49,960 bases of DNA from Pseudomonas phage Motto. The notes beneath the pieces were generated by a model. That model was not told the origin of the DNA. It did not search any database and saw only the letters and a program-made list of their open reading frames with translations. The stretch lies in sequence record ON843697.1; one strand, 5' to 3'. Shown here piece after piece: positions 27,377-34,860 of the stretch (position 1 is its first letter; each line of letters begins with the position of its first letter). A program made the position numbers and the translations under genes.

Positions 27377-29407
27377 ATGATACCTAACATCGAAAAACAG
27401 CTTGCGGAGTTGGGGCAAGAAAAGATTGAAGCGCTTCAAAAGCGCTTTACGGTTGGTGAGATTGTTCCTTATCCTTATCAATGCGTAGCGTACTCTGAGA
27501 TCGCAAAACGCCTTGCTCGATATGAACACCCATTCTTTATAAAAGCGGCTGTATCAGCAGGTAAAACAATCATCTTTGCTATGGTTGCGGCTCAGTGTCG
27601 TAAGATGGGGCTTAAAATGCTCACGCTTGCTCGCCAGTCTGAGATTGTGGATCAGGACTCTAAGGAAATTAGTGCTTTTGGTGTTCCTAATTCTGTTTAT
27701 TGTGCTGGGCTTGGATTGCGCGGCGCTCACTTTCCGATCGTTGTCGGATCGGAAGGGACTGTTATCAATGGGCTTGAAAAGGCGTTAGGTGATTACGTGC
27801 CAGACGTTTTGGGGATTGATGAATGCCATCAAGTTAACTGGAATGATATTGTAGAGGCTCGCGAGAATAACGAAACGTTAGAGCAGATGAAAACGCCGAA
27901 AGGGGAATTTGTTCCAAATCCTGATTACGACATAACAAATCCGAACGGGAAATGTGAATTCCTGATTGGTGATGATGGGTTTCCGCTAAAGGGTACGGGG
28001 CGCACACAATACACAGTTATAATTGAGACAATGAGAAAGCGTTGCCTTGAAGTTAACGGGCGTGAATTGCGTATATTCGGAATGACCGGATCGGAATATC
28101 GCGGAATTGATCCGATTCTTGTCGAAGATTACAAAATACCTGGGTTTTGGCGTGAGCAGGTAACGAATATTGATACTGATTATTTGGTTAAATTCGGCTC
28201 TATTGTTACGACTCATTTCGGTAACGTTGGCGACTTGGGTTATGACCTATCAGAGTTTCACAGTGAAACAGAATTCGGCGTTGCTGATTATTCAGACGCA
28301 CAACTAAAAGCGATGAGTAACAAGATCCATAATTCGGGAACCATGACGCAACAGATAATGAACATGGTTCATGACGTTATGAAAGATCGCCTTTGCGCCC
28401 TGGTAACTTGTGCTGATGCTCGCCACTGCAAAGAAGCCGCAGCCGCACTGCCGGAAGGTACTAAATACCACATTATCACCGGAAAGACAGGAGACAAACA
28501 GCGCCGCGAATGGCTGAATGATGCGTATGAAGGAAAGGTTAAATACATTTTCCAGGTTAAAGCGCTTACTACTGGCGTAAATATTCCGCCGTGGGATACA
28601 TCAATCATTCTACGCAAAATAGGATCGCTTACTTTACTTGTTCAGCTTTTAGGGCGTGGAATGCGCCAGTTAAAGAGCTATCACAAAAACGAGTTAGGCA
28701 TGGTTAAAAATGATCACCTTGTTTTAGATTTTTCTGGAACAATGTTCGAAATGGGTGCTATGTATTTCAATCCACTGCTTGAACAGGCTCAATATCAATT
28801 GCGTAAATTCCAGAACAAAGAGACAAAGTTTTGCCCGATCTGCAACACTGAGAATTCTTTCTATGCTCGCAGATGCATACATGAAGATAACAATGGCACC
28901 AGGTGCGAATATTTTTGGTCATACCAGGAATGCGAGGATATAAAAGATCCTAAAACGAAAAAGATTATCAAGAAAGGTTGCGGTACTAAAAACGATCCAT
29001 CGGCCAGGGTTTGCCGTTGTTGCGGAGAGCGGTTAAAAGATCCGAATGAGGAATTACAGAGAACAGCATACAGGAAGGATGAATTTTACAAGGTTGTTGA
29101 CTTCAAAGTTAAGTTAACAAGTAACCAGAAAGGAATTCTTTTCCAGTATGATTTACTTGGGATAAATGGCGATAGTTTTACGGCATATGAGACGTTTTGG
29201 GTTCACAGTGAATCTAAATGGATTCGCGGAGCCTGGAAGTCAGTTTGCTTTAAACATATTATTGATAAGAGAATTGCAGGTGCTACGGCTGCATATAAAG
29301 ACGCAAGAAAGGTAATGATGAATGCACATCACTTTTTAGCGCCTAAGCGCGTCACGTGGCGCAAGAACACGAAAGGCGATGATATGATCGGCAACAAGGA
29401 GTATTAA
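27377..29407 (+). CDS. SF2 DEAD/DEAH-box DNA helicase with C-terminal Cys-rich zinc-ribbon region
   Basis: Walker A AAVSAGKT, DECH box, motif VI QLLGRGMRQ; C-terminal CPICN...C...CRCCGERL; start ATG 27377 with RBS aagga. Confidence 0.7.
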   Translation: MIPNIEKQLAELGQEKIEALQKRFTVGEIVPYPYQCVAYSEIAKRLARYEHPFFIKAAVSAGKTIIFAMVAAQCRKMGLKMLTLARQSEIVDQDSKEISAFGVPNSVYCAGLGLRGAHFPIVVGSEGTVINGLEKALGDYVPDVLGIDECHQVNWNDIVEARENNETLEQMKTPKGEFVPNPDYDITNPNGKCEFLIGDDGFPLKGTGRTQYTVIIETMRKRCLEVNGRELRIFGMTGSEYRGIDPILVEDYKIPGFWREQVTNIDTDYLVKFGSIVTTHFGNVGDLGYDLSEFHSETEFGVADYSDAQLKAMSNKIHNSGTMTQQIMNMVHDVMKDRLCALVTCADARHCKEAAAALPEGTKYHIITGKTGDKQRREWLNDAYEGKVKYIFQVKALTTGVNIPPWDTSIILRKIGSLTLLVQLLGRGMRQLKSYHKNELGMVKNDHLVLDFSGTMFEMGAMYFNPLLEQAQYQLRKFQNKETKFCPICNTENSFYARRCIHEDNNGTRCEYFWSYQECEDIKDPKTKKIIKKGCGTKNDPSARVCRCCGERLKDPNEELQRTAYRKDEFYKVVDFKVKLTSNQKGILFQYDLLGINGDSFTAYETFWVHSESKWIRGAWKSVCFKHIIDKRIAGATAAYKDARKVMMNAHHFLAPKRVTWRKNTKGDDMIGNKEY

Positions 29408-29409
29408 AC

Positions 29410-29799
29410 ATGTATCATGAATTTTACGACAAGAAAGCAACAGATACCCGTTCAGAAGATGCACACCAGGTTGATTCTATAGCGTGGTTGCGTTACAAGT
29501 TTCCGACCTGGATCGTGTTCCACGTTAACAACGAAGGAAAGAAGGGGATCGGTCAATCGGTAAAGGATCAGATGAAGGGGCTTTTAAAGGGCGTCCCTGA
29601 CATCCTGATAATTCCTGACAGAAGTCAATGCAAGTATGGATTTATCGCGATCGAGTTGAAGCGAGCAAAGAAATCACTTTCTCACGTATCTGATGAGCAA
29701 AAGAAATTCCTTGAGCGCGTGAATGAAAATGGCGGCTTTGGTGCTCTATGTTATGGCGTCGAGCAGGTTAAAGTGGCAATTGAAGAAGCGTTAAAATAG
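29410..29799 (+). CDS. VRR-NUC domain nuclease
   Basis: IAIELKRAKKSLSHVSDEQKKFLERVNENGGFGALCYG matches VRR-NUC core. Confidence 0.55.
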   Translation: MYHEFYDKKATDTRSEDAHQVDSIAWLRYKFPTWIVFHVNNEGKKGIGQSVKDQMKGLLKGVPDILIIPDRSQCKYGFIAIELKRAKKSLSHVSDEQKKFLERVNENGGFGALCYGVEQVKVAIEEALK

Positions 29800-29840
29800 C
29801 ACGAATTGCTAAAACAGCCGCAAAGGAATGCGGCATAATG
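29797..29840 (+). promoter_or_regulatory. cassette copy (+): TAGCACGAATTGCTAAAA-23-ATAATG, hairpin ccgcaaaggaatgcgg
   Basis: TAG of motif is the stop of the VRR-NUC gene. Confidence 0.55.
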
Positions 29841-29871
29841 CACACAATGAAACAAACAGGAGACACAAAAG

Positions 29872-30615
29872 ATGGCTAAAGATATCACAGACAAAGCAAC
29901 TATTGACGGCATCGAGAAAGTTGATGAAATGGATATGCACGAATTGCAACACGGATCTTATTCGAGTATTGCATTGCGCTCAGGTGGTCATTATCAGCCA
30001 GTGAAGCCAAATGTATTCTACCAGGTAACGGGAAACCGATACGCCGGAAGCCATACGCCTGACGTTGTGCGCGATTTGTGGGAAACGCCAGACGAGATTG
30101 TAGATTATCTTTCCGATCGCTACGGTAAATATGATCTTGATGCAGCCGCAAGCGAGAACAATAAAAAATGCGATAAGTTTTACAGCAAAGAAACGAACTG
30201 CTTAAAACGTTGGTGGGGTAGCAATAAACACATTTGGCTGAATCCGCCATATTCAAACCCAGATCCGTTTGTGTTGAAAGCTATTGAACAGATGGAGCAT
30301 GGAAACCAGATTGATATTCTTCTTCCGGCTGATAACTCTACGGCGTGGTTTAGCGATGCAGTGAAACACGCGGCGGAAGTTATCTGGATTACTGGCGAGA
30401 CCTGGACGGATGAAGGCCGTGAATATTCCAGGACTGGACGTGTCGCGTTTATTTCTGGCCTGACTGGTGAACCAGTTAGCGGAAACAATAAAGGCAGTGT
30501 TATTTTCATCATGCGCCAGTTGAAGGAAGGAGAAAAACAACAAACTCACTACGTGCCAATTAGTGAAATTTGCCCTTCCGTTACCAACAAACGCAGCAAA
30601 GCGCGGAGTATTTAA
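29872..30615 (+). CDS. dam: DNA N6-adenine methyltransferase (phage Dam family)
   Basis: NPPY motif (WLNPPYSNP). Confidence 0.75.
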   Translation: MAKDITDKATIDGIEKVDEMDMHELQHGSYSSIALRSGGHYQPVKPNVFYQVTGNRYAGSHTPDVVRDLWETPDEIVDYLSDRYGKYDLDAAASENNKKCDKFYSKETNCLKRWWGSNKHIWLNPPYSNPDPFVLKAIEQMEHGNQIDILLPADNSTAWFSDAVKHAAEVIWITGETWTDEGREYSRTGRVAFISGLTGEPVSGNNKGSVIFIMRQLKEGEKQQTHYVPISEICPSVTNKRSKARSI

Positions 30616-30616
30616 G

Positions 30617-30862
30617 ATGGATGATAAAGTTTTACAGTTAAATGAAGCTGGGTTATGGCTCATGTATCGCGCAATCGTATGTGAAACGATAGTTCAGAAT
30701 GAGCTTGAAGAATACTTTGATCGCGATTTGTGGTCTTGGACTGAATGCCTGGATGCAAGTTTTGAAGAAACGGAAGAGCTTGAGTTTTCGGACTGGCGAC
30801 AAAAAATCGTTGATGATTTGGAAGAATACATTTCATGCGAGATTAAAAGAAAAATGCATTGA
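30617..30862 (+). CDS. hypothetical acidic protein (81 aa)
   Basis: ATG 30617 with RBS ggag; track start 30563 is an upstream extension inside dam. Confidence 0.45.
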   Translation: MDDKVLQLNEAGLWLMYRAIVCETIVQNELEEYFDRDLWSWTECLDASFEETEELEFSDWRQKIVDDLEEYISCEIKRKMH

Positions 30863-30906
30863 TAGCACTTTTTGTTAAAAGCCCCGCAAGGGGCTTTGTT
30901 ATTATG
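30863..30906 (+). promoter_or_regulatory. cassette copy (+): TAGCACTTTTTGTTAAAA-23-ATTATG, hairpin gccccgcaaggggc
   Basis: seen directly. Confidence 0.55.
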
Positions 30907-30936
30907 TATCCAACGAAACGAATTGGAGACGCGAAC

Positions 30937-31134
30937 ATGAAAATTTACAGCAAAAAGGCTTTCAAACTTGCTCAAGAAATCGCTGAAATCGCAGTTAAAA
31001 GCGGAAGCAATAACGGAATGCAATTCGATTGGCATTGCGCAATGATTTTGCTTGAAGTTGCATATGGTTATCACAAAATGAATCCAGAAGATCAGAAGTG
31101 GAGTTATTACTACAATGAAGATCACGAAGGGTAA
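30937..31134 (+). CDS. hypothetical protein (65 aa)
   Basis: ATG after conserved leader CAACGAAACGAATTGGAGAC; track 30859 start reads through the cassette. Confidence 0.45.
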   Translation: MKIYSKKAFKLAQEIAEIAVKSGSNNGMQFDWHCAMILLEVAYGYHKMNPEDQKWSYYYNEDHEG

Positions 31135-31357
31135 AAAGGAAACTTGGGAATTAGCTAAAAAAGGCGGTCTTGATGAAGAGATCGCCAAAATAGCGCAATA
31201 TTTCGATATTAAAGACGTATGCGTTATTGTAGGTGATGAAATGGCGTATGTTGACGAGAAGCCGCGAAAGGTTCACCGTGTGCCAGCAATACCAACAAAG
31301 ATTGATTACAAATCAGTAATTGAGAAAACTAAAGAGCAAAGGAAATATTATAAATGA
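31115..31357 (+). CDS. hypothetical protein (80 aa)
   Basis: ORF overlapping previous gene end. Confidence 0.4.
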   Translation: MKITKGKKETWELAKKGGLDEEIAKIAQYFDIKDVCVIVGDEMAYVDEKPRKVHRVPAIPTKIDYKSVIEKTKEQRKYYK

Positions 31358-31437
31358 CGTCATTTAAATTTATTGGCTCTGTTATGTTGCCGCCTGTTAT
31401 CGCCTGGGTTATGATGTACGCCGTTGTAATGAAATAG
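31354..31437 (+). CDS. small hydrophobic peptide (27 aa MTSFKFIGSVMLPPVIAWVMMYAVVMK)
   Basis: not in ORF track; ATGA overlap with previous stop. Confidence 0.3.
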   Translation: MTSFKFIGSVMLPPVIAWVMMYAVVMK

Positions 31438-31448
31438 AGGAAATAGTG

Positions 31449-32567
31449 ATGGCTTTTACAGCAAAAATTACAGATGAGCAATTTCTTGCAGAGCGCCAGG
31501 CAGGAAAAACATACAAGCAGATCGCAGAGGAATACGGTCTGAATGTTCGCAGTGTAGAGCGCCGCGCTTCCCGTCTTGCTCGCCAGGGTGAAACAGATAT
31601 CAAAGGCGCGCCAGGTTATGCGGTTGTCAGAGAGTCAGTTCTCACTCGCGCAAATGGTGAAGAAGTCATGCGCTGGACTATCACCAATAAAGATAAAGAG
31701 CAGTTGGAAGCGCTTATGCAAGCGGCAATGGATGCATTCAGCGAAGAATTGCCACGCTTGCCAGCACAGCCAGAAACACGCGCTGATTACTCTGAAACTC
31801 TTGCGCTTTACCCGATCTTTGATATGCACATCGGCGCAATGGCTCACAAGCACGAAAGCGGAGAGAATTACGACACAGCAACAGCAGAGCGAACAATGAA
31901 TGCGTTTTTTGATTATGCAGTAGAGAAAGCGCCGAATAGCGAAAAGGCTGTATTGCTGATTGGTGGAGATATGCTTCACAGTGACGGCCTGGAGGCGGTA
32001 ACACCTGCAAGCGGTCACGTTCTGGATCAGGATTCACGCTATGCAAAACTTGTTTATGTTGCCATCCGAGCAACGCGCCGAGCAGTTAGCAAAATGCTGG
32101 AGAAGCATAAAAAAGTTGAGATCCAGATTATCGAAGGGAACCACGACCAATCAGGAATGATCTGGCTACGTGCTGCAATGGCGGCGGCTTATGAGGATGA
32201 GCCACGCGTTTTCGTTGACGTTTCTCCGCGTGTAGTGCATCACACGCAATACGGAAAGACGTTCCTTGCTTATCATCACGGTCACACCGTTAAGAAGCCT
32301 GACGCGCTTATGATGATGTGTGCGGCAGACTGGAAAGAGGATTTTGGTAAATCGTCCTGCATGTATGCGCATGTAGGGCATTGGCATCACCAGACAGTTA
32401 CAGAGACGAGCCTGGGGATTGTTGAAGTACATAGCACTATGGCGGCGAAAGATGCTTATGCGGCGCGTGGCGGTTGGCGCTCTCGACGTCGAGCGGCGGT
32501 TATAGTATATGATAAAGAATATGGCGAAGTTGGGCGCTTCATGTTCTATCCTGAAATGCTCAAATAA
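31449..32567 (+). CDS. HTH domain fused to calcineurin-like metallophosphoesterase
   Basis: N-terminal KTYKQIAEEYGLNVRSVERRASRLARQ HTH; phosphoesterase motifs GGDMLHSD, GNHD, HHGH, GHWHH. Confidence 0.55.
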   Translation: MAFTAKITDEQFLAERQAGKTYKQIAEEYGLNVRSVERRASRLARQGETDIKGAPGYAVVRESVLTRANGEEVMRWTITNKDKEQLEALMQAAMDAFSEELPRLPAQPETRADYSETLALYPIFDMHIGAMAHKHESGENYDTATAERTMNAFFDYAVEKAPNSEKAVLLIGGDMLHSDGLEAVTPASGHVLDQDSRYAKLVYVAIRATRRAVSKMLEKHKKVEIQIIEGNHDQSGMIWLRAAMAAAYEDEPRVFVDVSPRVVHHTQYGKTFLAYHHGHTVKKPDALMMMCAADWKEDFGKSSCMYAHVGHWHHQTVTETSLGIVEVHSTMAAKDAYAARGGWRSRRRAAVIVYDKEYGEVGRFMFYPEMLK

Positions 32568-32667
32568 TAATCAATAAATTTAAAGGCTGGCTAAATGCTG
32601 GCCTTTTTTTGTTTTTGAGTTTAATATAATCAGGTTATTGACAATTTTTAATTTTAAGGATCTGATT

Positions 32668-32892
32668 ATGCGCGAATTTATTAATATGGCAACCTACGGA
32701 ACAGGGGGATCGGCATTTGCTGGGGCTGCAACTGGACAGGTAATTTTAGCCGTACTAACATTTGTTTTCTTTCTGTTATTCGGTTTTTGGGGCGCGTGGT
32801 TGAAATGGCGTGATAGCAAGGCAATTCGTGAAGCACTTGACGCCGGAGATTTAAAGACAGCGCTCAAAGTAAGGAATAAGGAGAAGTGCTAA
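32668..32892 (+). CDS. holin, pinholin-like (S21-like architecture) with possible dual start M1/M7
   Basis: 74 aa; Gly/Ala-rich weak TMD1 (ATYGTGGSAFAGAATG) plus hydrophobic TMD2 and basic C-terminus; directly upstream of SAR endolysin; track start 32638 is TTG. Confidence 0.55.
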   Translation: MREFINMATYGTGGSAFAGAATGQVILAVLTFVFFLLFGFWGAWLKWRDSKAIREALDAGDLKTALKVRNKEKC

Positions 32893-33387
32893 ATGACGAT
32901 CAAAAAAGCAATAGCCGCCACCGTCACAGGGGCGGCTTTAATGGTTGCATCGCCGCTACTTGAAGAAGTGGAAGGTGTAAGATACCAGGTTTATTACGAT
33001 ATCGCCGGAATTCCTACGGTATGCCACGGAATTACAGGAAAGGATGTGATCCCAGGTAAAACATACACCAGGAAAGAATGTGATGCGCTATTGTTCAAGC
33101 ATATGAAAGTTGCCGCCGATGCAGTTGATAAGGCTGTCAAGGTTGAGATCCCTGTTTCAATGAGGGCGGCTATGTACTCGTTTACTTTCAACGCTGGGAC
33201 GGGCGCATTTCGTAAATCAACCATGTTGAAGGATATCAACGCCGGAAGATTTGAACAGGCTTGCAACCGTTTATGGGACTGGACTTATTACACCGATCCG
33301 AAAACTGGCAAGAAAAAGAAATCAAAGGGACTGCAAAACAGGCGAGCGGTTGAATACAAATATTGCATGATGGAGTTGAAAAAATGA
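32893..33387 (+). CDS. SAR endolysin (T4-type lysozyme with N-terminal signal-anchor-release domain, phage 21 R-like)
   Basis: N-terminal KK + [18 protein letters not shown], then [41 protein letters not shown] closely resembling phage 21 R (E-D-T catalytic triad). Confidence 0.8.
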   Translation: MTIKKAIAATVTGAALMVASPLLEEVEGVRYQVYYDIAGIPTVCHGITGKDVIPGKTYTRKECDALLFKHMKVAADAVDKAVKVEIPVSMRAAMYSFTFNAGTGAFRKSTMLKDINAGRFEQACNRLWDWTYYTDPKTGKKKKSKGLQNRRAVEYKYCMMELKK

Positions 33388-33806
33388 AAAAAGACTTGTT
33401 ATATCTCATCGTGATTCCTGCATTTGCCGTTTCTATTATGTTGCTAACAGCTTGCTCACCGTCTACGGCGCTGACTGGTCTGATTGGTAGCAAACCTGAC
33501 GTTACGGCGCAAGTCGGAGCGGAGAATGTGAAACAAACTGTTGGAGTAACTGCAAAGCAGGACACATCAAGCAAGCAGGAAACCACATTCAAAGAGTCGG
33601 CAGTGGGAAAGGTTGACACTTCAAACAAGAAGCAGATCAGCACATCCAGCATTAAGGCCGATAACATTACGGCAGACAGGATCGAGATTAGAAATAATGA
33701 ATCAGATATCTGGCAAATGGCGCTTGCTTTTTTTATCGCTGGCATCATTGCAGGATCTGGAGTTACCGCGATATACGCAACACGCAGAAACAACAAAGCC
33801 CCTTAA
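33384..33806 (+). CDS. unimolecular spanin (u-spanin, T1 gp11-like)
   Basis: N-terminal lipoprotein signal with lipobox LLTAC and C-terminal TMD ([21 protein letters not shown]); ATGA overlap with endolysin stop. Confidence 0.6.
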   Translation: MKKDLLYLIVIPAFAVSIMLLTACSPSTALTGLIGSKPDVTAQVGAENVKQTVGVTAKQDTSSKQETTFKESAVGKVDTSNKKQISTSSIKADNITADRIEIRNNESDIWQMALAFFIAGIIAGSGVTAIYATRRNNKAP

Positions 33807-33819
33807 TCGGGGCTTTTGT

Positions 33820-34080
33820 TTATCCAAATGATCTCAAATTAAAATCTTCTTCCGCCTGGTTAGCTACGTTTGTGAACATTTGCTCAAGGCTTTCAAAACT
33901 CATTTTCTTTGCAATCTCATCGGCGCTAAATCCTTCATCTTCAAGTCTTTTTGCTTCACAGTAATGCATTTCAAGATTGTCTAAATATTTGTTTCCTGTT
34001 GGGATTGCTTCATCAATTTTGTCCCACACGATCCAGAAGTTTGTTTTATCCGCCGCCGCTAACACTATGCTGTTTTTCAT
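33820..34080 (-). CDS. hypothetical early protein (86 aa)
   Basis: ATG 34080 after leader ...CGAGGAAAACAAA; track 34113 start is the in-frame ATG inside the cassette box. Confidence 0.45.
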   Translation of the reverse strand: MKNSIVLAAADKTNFWIVWDKIDEAIPTGNKYLDNLEMHYCEAKRLEDEGFSADEIAKKMSFESLEQMFTNVANQAEEDFNLRSFG

Positions 34081-34110
34081 TTTGTTTTCCTCGATTCGTT
34101 TCGTTGAGTA

Positions 34111-34154
34111 CATAGTAGCAAACCCGCCGAAGCGGGTTTTAACAAAAAGTGCTA
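34111..34154 (-). promoter_or_regulatory. cassette copy (-): TAGCACTTTTTGTTAAAA-23-ACTATG, hairpin cccgcttcggcggg
   Basis: TAG of motif is stop of gene 34152..34343. Confidence 0.55.
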
Positions 34155-34343
34155 TTTTCTTCTCAACTCAATAAGCCAACGAACAACAATCTTTCTCGTT
34201 TCGATCCAATCTTCATCCGTGAAATCATCGTATGTTGGCTCAAGGTTTTTATAGTCTGGCGGTTCGTACCGTTCAGGATTAGGAAGGCTGCTTAAAATCT
34301 TCTTCCTCTTTGCGCTTTTGCGTTTATCCCTACCTTTACCCAT
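34152..34343 (-). CDS. hypothetical basic protein (63 aa)
   Basis: RBS aggtga; Lys/Arg-rich N-terminus. Confidence 0.45.
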   Translation of the reverse strand: MGKGRDKRKSAKRKKILSSLPNPERYEPPDYKNLEPTYDDFTDEDWIETRKIVVRWLIELRRK

Positions 34344-34351
34344 AAGATCAC

Positions 34352-34546
34352 CTATTCGAATTTTCTTACGTGTATCAATAATTCGCCGTCTTGCGTTGTA
34401 AGTTGGTGCTCATTGTCGTTAAACGCTTTCATGTCAGAATATAGCAGAACAAGAAGCGCATAAATCAATTCTTCATGCGTGATATTGGTTGCTGAACTTT
34501 CTTTCAAAATAAGATCGATCAAATGCTGGCTTTTGGAATAATTCAT
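34352..34546 (-). CDS. hypothetical protein (64 aa, start uncertain)
   Basis: ORF overlaps upstream gene by 74 nt; no clear RBS. Confidence 0.3.
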   Translation of the reverse strand: MNYSKSQHLIDLILKESSATNITHEELIYALLVLLYSDMKAFNDNEHQLTTQDGELLIHVRKFE

Positions 34547-34859
34547 CGTCTGACATTTTTCCTATGTTCATGATCTCTTTTACGTACTGATTTTTATCAC
34601 CCTCAAGGCTATACAGTTCGAAATTAAACGGCCTGTTGCCTTTGCGCCAGAATTTACCGCTAACCCCGTCTAGATATCTTGCGCTCATCATTCGAGCAAT
34701 AAACTCTTTACTGACACTTGATGCAAAGTAGCGGGGCGTTAACCCCGCGTTTTCTGCCAGGCGCTGACATTCGCGATGGCAATAAACAAATTTCGCTAAC
34801 TCCTGGCGGTTGAATGATTCGCGAGATTCGCAAAACCGATACAGATCCAGAAGAAACAT
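34473..34859 (-). CDS. hypothetical protein (128 aa)
   Basis: ORF following NTPase gene. Confidence 0.45.
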   Translation of the reverse strand: MFLLDLYRFCESRESFNRQELAKFVYCHRECQRLAENAGLTPRYFASSVSKEFIARMMSARYLDGVSGKFWRKGNRPFNFELYSLEGDKNQYVKEIMNIGKMSDDELFQKPAFDRSYFERKFSNQYHA

Positions 34860-34860
34860 T

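Noticed and set aside
32570-32612. Strong intrinsic terminator after the phosphoesterase gene
   Set aside because: The T-run is good (GCCTTTTTTTGTTTTT), but the preceding sequence (GGCTGGCTAAATGCTGGCC) forms only a 3-4-bp stem. It is left as unconfirmed.
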